From Malacoraja senta (Eukaryota), in assembly GCA_038087875.1 (NCBI GenBank), contig CM075990.1, forward strand, positions 3,474,001 through 3,538,000: a stretch of 64,000 bases of DNA, written 5' to 3'. This document shows, one piece after another, positions 49,653 to 60,921 of this stretch. The translations under genes were made by a program, and so were the position numbers. Position 1 is the first letter of the stretch, and each line of letters starts with the position of its first letter. The notes below the pieces were generated by a model. It worked only from the letters and a program-made list of their open reading frames with translations, made no database searches and was not told the DNA's origin.

Positions 49653-50026
49653 GGGACGAGTGTTGATGGGGCATGTTGGTCTGTGTGGGACTAGTGTAGA
49701 TGGGGCTTGTTGGTCGGTGTGGGACTAGTGTAGATGGGGCATGTTGGTCCGGGTGGGACTAGTGTAGATGGGGCATGTTGGTCGGCGTTGGACTAGTGTA
49801 GATGGGGCATGTTGGTCGGTGTGGAACTAGTGTAGATGGGGCTTGTTGGTCGGGGTGGGACTAGTGTATATGGGGCATGTTGGTCGGGGTGGGACTAGTG
49901 TAGATGGGGCATGTTGGTCGGGGTGGGACTAGTGTAGATGGGGCATGTTGGTCGGCGTGGGACTAGTGTAGATGGGGCATGTTGGTTGGGATGGGACTAG
50001 TGTAGATGGGGCATGTTGATCGGCGT
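49653..50026 (+). repeat. 34-bp minisatellite, 11 copies, within a CR1 3' UTR (element ~49520-50040)
   Basis: Unit gggactagtgtagatggggcatgttggtcggggt starts at 49653, 49687, 49721 and so on up to 49993. Confidence 0.95.
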
Positions 50027-50277
50027 GGGCAAGTTGGGCCATTGTGGGTTCCACCTTTCATGAGTCATCGGTGCCGGCTCTGATTTGTTCTGTACATTTT
50101 CACACCTCTAGTCTCCCTTCTCCCCTAACTCTAAATCTGAAGAAGGGTCTTGACCCAAAACGTCACCTGTCCATGTTCTCCAGAGATGCTGCCTGAACCG
50201 TTGTGTCACTCCAGCATTCTGTGTCTATCCTCGCAGCAAACTCCAGGTCTGCAGATAGGGTTTAGGCTTATTTGTTT

Positions 50278-50305
50278 TGTGTGTACGTATGTGTGCGTGT
50301 GTGTG

Positions 50306-50344
<39 letters not shown>

Positions 50345-50740
50345 ATATATATTTATATATATATATATATATATAATATATATATACATACTCACAAGCA
50401 CACACACACACACATATATACATGTGTATTTATATATATATATGTATATATATATATACACACACACATATATACATATATATATGTGTATATATATTTG
50501 TGAGTATTTGTGAGTATATATGTATATATACATACATATACATATATATGTGTACACACACACGCATATATATACATACACATATATACATATATACATA
50601 AATATATACACGTATATATACACATATACATATATATATATGTATATGTGTATGTATATATATATACATTTATATATGTATATGTGTATATATGTGTGTG
50701 TTTGTGTGTACTTGTGAGCAAGTGTATATACAGTATACAC
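50278..50740. repeat. Compound (TA)n/(CA)n/(TG)n microsatellite
   Basis: Directly visible in the sequence. Confidence 0.95.
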
Positions 50741-51144
50741 AATGAACATTTTTTTCCTCTCGTTTATCATATTGTTTACAGTGTACTATGTTTACATATT
50801 CTGTTGTGCTGCAGCAAGTAAGAATCTCATTGTTCTATCTGTGACATATGACAATAAATATCAAAATACAGTGAAGATTTTTGTTTGCATCTTATACTTT
50901 AGTCTTTGGGCCAGCACAGCGGCGCAGTGGTAGAGTTGCTGCCTTACAGCGCTTACAGCACCAGAGACCCGGGTTCGATCCCGACTGCAGGTGCTGTCTG
51001 TACGAAGTTTGTACGTTCTCCCCGTGACCGCGTGGGATTTCTCCGAGATCTTTGGTTTCCTCCCACACTCCAAAGACATGAAAGGTAGGTTGGTTAATTG
51101 GCTTGGTATAAATGTAAAAATTGTCCTTAATGTAGGATAGTATT

Positions 51145-51556
51145 TTTTTTTTTAGCGAATGCAAAGTCCTTTAGCCAAGCAGTTGCCTCTTGATCTGCTG
51201 TATGAAGGGTGACAAGTTCTCCTTTAAGTCACACCGTGGGGTTGGGCTGCTGCCCCATTTGTGAAGGCTGGCCAAGCAGGGGCCATGTCCAGTCCTGAAT
51301 AGTGTTGGTGGGCGAGGACTTCGATGAGACGTCGCTTGGCTGAGGCCTTCATTCGGAGAGCAGGTCCAACTGCTAGGTGCTCTTGAGGCTGGTCGTTGTT
51401 GCTGCTTTCGGCTTTGGGATAATGACTAGGATTCTTTGACTTGGCTCTCAGGCGTCGTCTTGTAGAATTTAGTCTGCTGGGAAGGATCATTGGCTTCCCC
51501 AGGCGAGCCTGGGTACTGACGGGGGGCGCGACGAGAACGCTGATCCATAGTCCCCC
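51145..51556 (-). mobile_element. Internally deleted Vingi/Ingi-like (I group) non-autonomous retroposon
   Basis: 10-bp TSD ggatagtatt (51135-51144, 51557-51566) and poly(A) tail. APE N-terminal remnant VGPALR..AKRRLIEVLAHQH is fused to C-terminal remnants FRTGHGPCLASLHKWGSSPTPRCD and LHTADQEATAWL. Confidence 0.75.
51484..51556 (-). ncRNA. HDV-like (CPEB3-type) self-cleaving ribozyme fold
   Basis: GGGGGAC UAU GGAUCA GCG UUCUCGU CGC GCCCCCC GUCAGUA CCCAGGC UC GCCUGGG GAAGCCAA UGAUCC. P1, P2, P3, L3, P4 and J4/2 are in canonical order. Confidence 0.8.
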
Positions 51557-51904
51557 GGATAGTATTGATGTGCGGGGATCGCTGGTCGGTGCAGACTCGG
51601 TGGGCGGAAGGGCCAGTTTCCACACTGTATCTCTAAACTAAACTAAACTTAAGCTAAACAACTGAAAAAACTCAACTCCATGTCTGCAGTTAGGGTTTAG
51701 GTTGATTATTGTCACGTGCACCTAGTTCTAGTGAAAAGCTATGTTTGCATCTTATAATTTGGACTTTGAACTTTGGAGGTACAGCGTGGAAACAGGCCCT
51801 TCGGCCACCCGGGTCCGCACTGACCAGTGATCTTTGGTCAGAGGGCGGTGAATCTGTGGAATTCTTTGGCGGCTGTGGAGGCCAAGTCAATCGATATTTT
51901 TAAA

Positions 51905-52322
51905 GACAATAGACAATAGGTGCAGGAGTAGGCCATTCGGCCCTTCGAGCCAGCACCGCCATTCAATGTGATCATGGCTGATCATCCCCAATCAGTACCC
52001 CGTTCCTGCCTTCTCCCCATATCCCCTGACTCCGCTATTTTTAAGAGCCCTATCTAGCTCTCTCTTGAAAGCATCCAGAGAACCTGTCTCCACCGCCCTC
52101 TGAGGCAGAGATTCCACAGACTCACCACTCTCTGTGAAAAAGTGTTTCCTCGTCTCCGTTCTAAATGGCTTACTCCTTATTCTTAAACTGTGGCCCCTGG
52201 TTCTGGACTCCCCCAACATCAGGATCATGTTTCCTGCCTCTAGCGTGTCCAAACCCTTAACAATCTATATGTTTCAATGAGAGACCCTCTCATCCTTTTA
52301 AACTCCAGAGTGTACAAGCCTA
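51905..52322 (-). mobile_element. CR1/HER1-like LINE 3' fragment
   Basis: ORF 51992-52252 is the same subfamily as 4893-5563. Confidence 0.85.
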
Positions 52323-52383
52323 GTACCCCCGTTCCTGCCTTCTCCCCATATCCCCTGACTCCGCTATTTTTAAGAGCCCTATC

Positions 52384-52583
52384 NNNNNNNNNNNNNNNNN
52401 NNNNNNNNNNNNNNNNNNNNNNNNNNNNNNNNNNNNNNNNNNNNNNNNNNNNNNNNNNNNNNNNNNNNNNNNNNNNNNNNNNNNNNNNNNNNNNNNNNNN
52501 NNNNNNNNNNNNNNNNNNNNNNNNNNNNNNNNNNNNNNNNNNNNNNNNNNNNNNNNNNNNNNNNNNNNNNNNNNNNNNNNNNN
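52384..52583. other. Assembly gap (200 N)
   Basis: Run of n. Confidence 1.
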
Positions 52584-53145
52584 AGTCGGTATGTCAAGGA
52601 GGACTCTCTCTAACTTCTACAGGTGCACAGTAGAGAGCATGCTGACCGGTTGCATCGTGGCTTGGTTCGGCAACTTGAGCGCCCAGGAGCGGAAAAGACT
52701 ACAAAAAGTAGTAAACACTGCCCAGTCCATCATCGGCTCTGACCTCCCTTCCATCGAGGAGATCTATCACAGTCGCTGCCTCAAAAAGGCTGGCAGCATC
52801 ATCAAGGACCCACACCATCCTGGCCACACACTCATCTCCCCACTACCTTCAGGTAGAAGGTACAGGAGCCTGAAGACTGCAATGACCAGGTTCAGGAATA
52901 GCTACTTCCCCACAGCCATCAGGCTATTAAACTTGGCTCGGACAAAACTCTGAACATTAATAGACCATTATCTGTTATTTGCAGTTTATCAGTTTATTTA
53001 TTCATGTGCGTATTTACGTATATTATGGTATATGGACACACTGATCTGTTTTGTAGTCAATGCCTACTATGTTCTGTTGTGCTGAAACAAAGCAAGAATT
53101 TCATTGTCCTGTCAGGGACACATGACAATAAACTCTCTTGACTTG
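52584..53145 (+). mobile_element. Rex1/Babar-like LINE 3' portion
   Basis: ORF 52591-52953 FYRCTVESMLTGCIVAWFGN..KDPHHPGH..RFRNSYFPTAIRLLN, ending tgacaataaa. Confidence 0.88.
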
Positions 53146-54274
53146 AATAAAAAAAAATCTGAATATATATATCATGTATATGACACAGTTTGCGATATAG
53201 ATATTTTTTGCTATATATATATATACTTTTTTGCATATCTTTCATTCATTGTTCTTTATCTCTCTATATCTCTACATCTCTCATCATCTATATCTCTCAT
53301 TTCCCTTATCCCTAACCAGTCTACATTTCCTTAGCATCGTCTGCTTTGATCTCTCGTTTTCACACCTCACCCTTCCATATCTCAAGACTCCCTCTCCCCT
53401 GACTCTGGGTCTGAAGAAGGGTCTCGACATGTGTCCCGTTCCTTCTCTCCAGAGAAGCTGCTTGTACCGTTGAGTTACTCCAGATTTTTGAGTCTATCTT
53501 TGGTTTAAACCAGCATCTGCAGTTCCTTCCCACACACATATATATATACGTATAAACAAACTGACATATAAATATAGGAGGCACTGCCTCAAAATACCTG
53601 TCATTATCTTCAAAGACACACAAGAGTGGTTGTCACTGCCCAGTCCATCACAGATAGTTTAGTTTAGTTTAATTTATTGTCACGTGTACTGAGGTACAGT
53701 GAAAAGCTTTTTGTTGCATGCTAACCAGTCAGCGGAAAGACACATGTTTACAATCAAGCCATTTACATCGTACAGATACATGATAAGGGAATAACGTTTA
53801 GTGCAAAGTAAAGCCAGCTAAGTCTGATCAAGGATAGTCCGAGGTAGACAAAAATGCCGGAGAAACTCAGCGGGTGAGGCAGCATCTATGGAGCGAAGGA
53901 AATAGGCGATGTTTCAGGTCGAGACCCTTCTTCACCTATCCCTTCGCTCCATAGATGCTGCCTCACCCGCTGAGTTTCTCCAGCATTTTTGTCTACCTTC
54001 CATTTTTCCAGCATCTGCAGTTCTTTCTTAAACAAGGATAGTCCGAGGGTCACCAAGGTGGTGGATAGTTTTCAGCACTTCTCTCTGGTTGAGGGACAAT
54101 TGTATGACTGACCTCCCCACCATCGAGGGGATCTAGTCAGAGGTTCTGGAATGTGAGGCAGGAACTCTACCGTTGCACCACCTGCTTGCCGCATGTTACT
54201 GGGCCCAAGACAGTTCCATATAAAATTACCAAACCTGCAGCAAGAGGTTGGGTTGGTAAAAGGTCTTTCTCCTA

Positions 54275-54870
54275 ATACGATACGATAAGATAGATCTTTA
54301 TTTATCCCAAGAGGGAAATTGGTCTGCCAACAGTCGTCAAACACAACACGTGTGTCGGAAAGAACTGCAGATGCTGGTTTCAATCGAAGATAGACACAAA
54401 ATGCTGGAGTAACTCAGCGGGACAGGCAGCGTCTCTGGAGAGAAGGAATGGGTGACGTTTCGGGTCGAGACCTTTCTTCAGACTGAGTTCTGAGTCATAA
54501 AACACAAGATACATGAAACATGAAATTAAATTAAAGTGACGTGGAAAGTCCAGGATTGGGGATGTGCAAAAATTGGGCGGAGGAGGGGATTCAGTCTCAG
54601 TCTACCCCACGACAGAAGGGGGAGGAGTTGTACAGTTTGATAGCCACAGGGAAGAAGGATCTCCTGTGGCGTTCTGTCCTGCATCTTGGTGGAACCAGTC
54701 TGTTGCTGAAGGTGCTCCTCAGGTTGACCAGTTTGTCATGGAGGGGGTGAGCTGTATTGTCCAGGATGCTCTGCAGTTTGAGGAGCATCCTCCCCTCCAA
54801 GACCACCTCCCATGAATCCAACTCCAACGCCGCCCCCAGGACGGAGCCAGCCTTCCCGATGAGTTTGTTA
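54275..54870 (-). mobile_element. Rex1-like LINE 3' fragment interrupted by a pLTR (~54350-54490)
   Basis: ORF 54597-54827 is homologous to 45440-45680. (tatcg)n tail. Confidence 0.8.
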
Positions 54871-55326
54871 ATGAAAGTGGGCTTTGGCCCGACCCTGTCA
54901 CCACCTTTTAATGTGAGCTTTGGGATTGATTGCCAAAGTGGTCAAATTTCCTCCACAACTTTCCCAGACGGAATGTCTGATAGATTCACGGCTTCATTAT
55001 TAACTCGGCCTAGTTTTTTTTTTAAAGAGAGGGCACCCAATCAGTAACCGGTATTAAATTACCGAGCTTTTAATCTGCTGATCTGCCTGGAGGTTTGATG
55101 TGTGTGGGAGCAGAGGCAGCGAGCGGTCGCTGGGAGGGAGGGTGGAGGGAGTGGGGCCAGGGGAAGGGGAGGCATGGTGAAAAGCCAAACGCAGCCCAGC
55201 AACTAACAGCCTCATTAATGCACCGTCACAGCTTTCGCGAGGCAATCTGATTTCACCGGACTGGTCGTAAATCAGCGGCAAGCAGAACCTGACACTGGCT
55301 GGTAGCAGGGGTAGTGGTAGAACATG

Positions 55327-55447
55327 GAGTCATAGACCCAGAGTCACAGAGTCACAGAGACACAGAGTCACAGTCGTAGAGTCACAGAGACACAGAGTCA
55401 CAGTCGTAGAGTCACAGGGACACAGAGTCACAATGTCATAGTCACAG
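55327..55447. repeat. (gagtcaca)n-type tandem repeat, expanded CR1 tail
   Basis: 30-bp higher-order unit gagtcacagagacacagagtcacagtcgta, about three copies. Confidence 0.85.
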
Positions 55448-55934
55448 GGTCCCAGGGCTTGGACGCAGGCCTTTCGGCCCAACCTGCCCACAACGACCAA
55501 CATGCCCCCATCTACACTAGCCCCACCTGCCAAAACTGGTCCCTATCCCTCTCTCATCCATGCACTTGCCCAATGTCTTTTGACAATAGACAAAAGACAA
55601 TAGGTGCAGGAGTAGGCCATTCGGCCCTTCTAGCCAGCACCGCCATTCTATGTGATCATGGCTGATCATCCACAATCAGTACCCCGTTCCTGCCCTCTCC
55701 CCATATCCCCTAACTCCGCTGTCTTTAAGAGCCCTATCAACCTCTCTCTAGAAAGCATCCAGAGAACCGGCCTCCACCGCCCTTTGAAGCGTGGAGGTAG
55801 TCTGCCTCAACTACCTCCTGCAATGACTCGTTCCATACACCCACCACCCGCTGTGTCAACAAGTTGTCCCTCGTGTTCCTATTAAATCTTTCCCCCCTCA
55901 CCTTCAACCTTTGTCCTGAACTGCACAGTGGTTG

Positions 55935-56230
55935 CAGCCTCACAGCGCCAGAGACTCTGGTTCGATCCTGACTACAGGTGCTGTCTGTATAGAGTTCGTA
56001 CACTCTCCCCGTGACCATCGTGGGTTTTCACCGGAACCTCTGGTTTTCTCCCGCACTCCAAAGACGTGCAGGTTTATAGGTTAATTGGCTTGGTATAATT
56101 GTAAATTGTCCTTAGTGTGTGTGCAGGATAGTGTTAGTGTGCGGTGATCGCGGACTCAGGGATCGCTGATCGGCGCGGACTCGGTGGGCCGAAGTGCCTG
56201 TTTCCGTGCTGTATCTCTAAACTAAACTAA
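55935..56230 (+). mobile_element. V-SINE (HE1-like)
   Basis: B box, core and tail. Confidence 0.75.
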
Positions 56231-56364
56231 AGTGTCAACTGAAGGGCCTGTCCCACTTGGGCATCATTTACACGACATCATTTAGGCGTCATGATGCACG
56301 ACGCGCATGTCATGACGCACACGTGATGCGTGCATGGTGTGCATTACGTACACATGGTGCGTAA

Positions 56365-56720
56365 TAAAGGACACACGATAGAATTCAACATAAAACATCC
56401 CCACACGGCAGAATCCAAAGGTTTCCCACTGTGAGGGAAGGCACCAAAGTCAGTCATTTTCCTCTGATGTTCACCCGTGGTCGGGGCCTCCGGAGCCCTC
56501 CGCAGTAGCCGCTACGGGCAGTCCGCCTCTCAGGCCCGCTCGCCGGGATGCTGGAACTCCAACGTCGGAACAGGAGGCCAAACTCAGCGGCTTGGACCTC
56601 CGAATCGGCCGCTTCCCACCGGAGTCCGCAGCTCCCGCGTCCCCAGGCCGCGCCGGGCGGAGATTCACGCTGGCGGCCCTCGGCAAAGGGCCCCAGGGAC
56701 TCTGCGATGTCGGTCACCTT
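56365..56720 (-). mobile_element. GC-rich retroposon fragment
   Basis: cataaaacatccccac..cccactgtgagggaaggcac is shared with 6755-6800 and 40735-40780. Confidence 0.65.
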
Positions 56721-57649
56721 CCCCCTTCTCCACTTTACCCAGTCACGGCCCAGTTTCCCTGAGTCAGGGGGGGGGATGTTTCTGTTTCCAAGAAGGTGTA
56801 GAACAGCCTTGATTTTTTGTTTTCCCATCTCTTGCTCAGTAATCTCTTCCCACGACAAAGCTCGGATCAGAGAGTCAGTGTTCGGAGTCTGGTTCAGAGT
56901 ACGTGACCCTGCCCAATGGAAGCAACTAGTCTTAATTCATCTTTAATTCAATGGAAGTAATTAGTCTTCATTAGTCCCAATCATACCCTTACTGCCACTC
57001 TCAATAACTTGCTCACACCTCACCACACTCACATTCCGCCTCACACACCCAATAGGTGTCACACTCACAACTTCGATTACCTTAGTTTAGTTAACTTTAG
57101 TTTCATGTATTTTGTGTTTTTATGACTGTTGGCAGATCAATTTCCCTCCTGGGATAAATAAAGTTCTATTGTAGCGTTTAGTTTTGTTTCGTTTTGTTTA
57201 TCGTCAATTGTACCGAGGTACAGTGAAAAGCTTTTGTTGCGTGCCAACTAGTCAGCGGAAAGACAATACATGATCACAATCAGGCCATCCACAGTGTACA
57301 GATACATGATAAAAGGAATTATGGTTAGTGCAAGATAAAGCCAGTAAAGTCTGATCAAAGATAGTCCGAGGGTCTCCAATGAGGTAGATAGTAGTTCAGG
57401 ACCGCTCTCCAGTTGTGGTAGGATGATTCAGTTGCCTGATCACAGCTCGGAAGAAACTGTTCTGCTAAGAATCCGTTAAGAACTACATCTAAGGGTAAAA
57501 CACAGTTAAAGTTCCTCCACTATCACTTTCACTAACTTTCTCCTATGTTCATCATCAGTTACTCCTTCAGATACCCTCAAAGATTCCTTACACCCTCACC
57601 CTCAGTAAATCTTTCAAACCCTCTCTCTGTTACCCTCACATGCTCATTC

Positions 57650-58266
57650 CCAATAACTATCACACACACATTATCAATAACTCCATCACACACATGATCA
57701 ATAACTCCCCAATGCAACTTATCAATAACACCCACACATATTATCAATAGCACCCCCTTGCATATTATCAATAACTCTATCACACACATTATCAATAACT
57801 CCCTTGTGCATATTATCAATAACTATCCCACACTTTATCAATAACTGCATATTATCAATAACTTCCTTTTGCATATTATCAATAACCCTCGTGTATCAAT
57901 AACTCCCCTCACAAGCATTATCAATAACTCCCTCATGCATATTATCAATAACTATCTCAATACATTATCGATAACTCCCTCACACACATTATCAATAATT
58001 CCCTCACACATATTATCAATAACTCCCGTATGCATATTATCAATAACTATCCCCCACACACATTATCAATAACTCCCATAATCATGTTATCAATAACTAT
58101 CCCACATGCATTATCAATAACTCCCTCACAAACATTATCAATAACTCCCTCACAAACATTATCAATAACTCCCGTGATCATGTTATCAATAACTATCCCA
58201 CATGCATTATCAATAACTCCCTCACAAACATTATCAATAACTCCTCCACACACATTATCAATAACT
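57650..58266. repeat. ~24-bp minisatellite with TTATCAATAAC core, about 26 units
   Basis: The core recurs every 24 bp from 58087 to 58255, with more variable spacing upstream. Confidence 0.95.
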
Positions 58267-58442
58267 GCCCTACATAAATTATATGTAACATACAGTAGTT
58301 TCTTGAAATAGGTAGATAGGGTAGTCAAGAAGGTTTTCAGTTCATTGGCCTTCCTCAGTCAGGGTATTGTATAGAAGTTGGGATAGACACAAAATGCTGG
58401 AGTAACTCAGCGGGACAGGCAGCATCCCTGGAGAGAAGGAAT

Positions 58443-58474
58443 GGGTGACGTTTCGGGTCGAGACCCTTCTTCAG
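58443..58474 (-). ncRNA. Minimal hammerhead core in a Penelope pLTR
   Basis: CUGAAGA A GGGU-CUCG-ACCC GAAAC GUC ACCC. The 5' strand of stem I is missing. Confidence 0.5.
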
Positions 58475-58858
58475 TTGGGATGCCATGTTACACTTGTACA
58501 AGACGTTGGTGAGGCAGCAATTGGAATATTATGTTCAGTTTTGGTCATCCTGTTATAGGAAGGATGTTGTTAAGCTGGAAAGAGTGTAGAGATTTACAGT
58601 CTGAGGATGCTGCCTGACTCGCTGAGTTACTCCAGCACTTTGTGTCTTTTCTCTTGCAAACCAGCATCTGCAGTTCATTCTTTCTCAACGGTTCATTGGT
58701 TTCTTTATTACCACGCGGACCAAGGTACAGTGAGATACTTTTTTTGCGTTCAGCTCAGCAAGACTATCACCACAATCCTCAGTAGAGAATGTACAGAACA
58801 GAATGCAGAGATGCCAAGTTGGGGCCATTTCCCAGTCCAGGCTGTAGCCGGCCACAAT

Positions 58859-59258
58859 CAAAGATCCTATAGCAAGCAAGATAGTCCACTTGACAAAAAA
58901 GACGTAGTACGGTCATGGGCAGATTCATGGGCAATTTAAGGCCCCATTTCCGTAACCGGCTTCCGCCTCCGCACCAAAGATCCCATAGGATAATAGTGCG
59001 GAGACGGAAGCCGGTTACGGAAACATCCTCGTAAAAATATAACTTATTTGGTAAAAATCTTCTCCTCATTTTCAGAATTTTTATTTATTAACACAAACTG
59101 ATTCCCCGCAACGTTGATTACACTGCGAGTTGGGTCCGGTCCGGTCCGATTACGGAAATGGATGAAAAAAAGGCCCACGTTCCGCTCCGTTGCGTACTAC
59201 ACGTCAGCCCATTGCATTTAGCAGGAGTGGTCTATCTTGCTCCGCTATAGGATCTTGG
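58859..59258. mobile_element. 400-bp MITE with 8-bp TSD (P-element-like ends)
   Basis: TIRs caaagatcctatagc-aagcaagatagtccact / agtggtctatcttgctccgctataggatcttgg. TSD gccacaat at 58851-58858 and 59259-59266 (9 bp if the flanking g is included). Confidence 0.8.
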
Positions 59259-59989
59259 GCCACAATGGCCCATTGCAGCCATCGCCTCCATTCCAGTCGT
59301 CCCGCGAACCCTTGTCCCTCTCCTCACACGGCCCTCTTCAGCCCTTGTTCCCCGGGGTGAGAGGGGGAGGGGTGCGTCCTGCAGCCGACCTCGAGAGCAC
59401 TGAAGATAAGACCCCCCCCCCCCCCCCGTTCTTCTCACCGGGCCCTTTGTCCAGCTTCCGCCACTGTCTCCCTCCGTCCTCCTCTCCGCGACTCCCCTCT
59501 TCGGGCGTGTTCCCGGTTCCCTGCCGGGAGATAGGGACCTGCCGTTGGGATACGGGCACGGGTCGCCGGGATTTCCGTGAAAACAGGCAGCAAGACCCAC
59601 CAAGGCCGCACTGACCATCAAACACCCATTTACACTCATACATTATTAATCCTATTTTTGACCCCCCCCCCCGCACATTCCTGTTAACTTCACCCCCATT
59701 CTACCCCTCTGCTCTGTGGGATAGCAGCTCTACCAGCACACCTCCAGATACAGGGACAGCTTCTTCCCAGCAGTCATCAGGCAAACGAACCATCCCACCA
59801 CAACCAGAGAGCCGTCCTGAACAACTATCTACTTTAGTGGTGAACCTCGGACTAGCCTTTGCTGGCTTTACCTTGCATTAAACGTTATTCCCTTATCATG
59901 TGTCTGTACACTGTTAATGGCTCGATTCTAATCATGTATTGTCTTTCTGCTTTCCAAACTAAACTAAAGAGGCAGGCAATGTTAATTTA

Positions 59990-60297
59990 ATTTAGTTTAG
60001 TGCAGAGATAGAGGCCCTTGGGCCCACCAAGTCCGCACCGACCAGCAATCCCCGCACATTAACACTACCTTACACACACAAGAGACAATATTACATTTTT
60101 TTACATCTATTCCAGGCCAATTAACCTTTGCACGTCTTTGGAGCGTGGGAGGAACGCAAAGATTTTATCTCGGAGAAAACCCACGCACGTCGTGGGGAAG
60201 AACGTGCAAACTCCATACAGACAGCACCCATAGTCAGGATCGAACCCTGGTCTCCGGCGCTGTAGGACAGTAGCTCTACCCCGCGCCACTGTGCCGT
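59990..60297 (-). mobile_element. V-SINE (HE1-like)
   Basis: A and B boxes and core on the minus strand. Confidence 0.75.
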
Positions 60298-60921
60298 CCT
60301 AATGTGGTTGATAAGGAACTCCCTGACGGAGAGACTCACCGGGAAAATTACCAAGGACACTCTTACTGAGTTTATTTTACCCACTTACACTGCCTTTAGC
60401 AGCAGACACAAATCAGCTTTGGTTAGTGCTCTATAAAAAGATCCAAATCAATCTCCAGGCACTAAATGTTTCCTCCCTCACCGGTACTTGACATTTTTAC
60501 TTCCTTATAATGTCACGGTCTGCGTCAACCTCTCCTCGAAAGAGTAGGTGGAATTTACCTGGAAATGTAGAGTCGGCACGGTGGCGCAGCGGTAGAGTTG
60601 CTGCCTCACAGTGTCGGGGACCCGGGTTCGATCCTGACCACGGGTGCTGTCTGTACGGGGTTTGTACGTTCTCCCTGTGACCGCCTGGGTTTTCTCCGGG
60701 TGCTCCTCACACGTTCCAGAGATGTGGGAACTCTCGGTATTTGGGTAACGACTTGCGGAAACCAGCCAACAACATGCTTACATTAACATCAAGAAAGAAA
60801 TTCAGGATTAGGAAAAAGGTTACGACACTCCTTCCAACACTAAATACTCTTGCCCCTTGAGAGGTATGTGTCGATGTTATATATGAGTCTCTGATTATAT
60901 AACTCCCCAATTAGATAACTA

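Larger units (their letters stand above)
50909..51650 (+). mobile_element. V-SINE interrupted by a Vingi-like retroposon
   Basis: SINE stops at ggatagtatt (51144) and resumes at 51557. Confidence 0.8.

Noticed and set aside
50150..50821. Tyr/Ile-rich ORFs
   Set aside because: Translations of TA/CA microsatellites.
52322..52383. Local duplication of ~51994-52054 beside the gap
   Set aside because: Directly adjacent to the N run, so probably a contig-end artefact.
57650..58266. CRISPR-like look (constant core plus variable linkers)
   Set aside because: The 24-bp period is too short, the linkers are related to each other, there are no cas genes and the context is vertebrate. It is a minisatellite.
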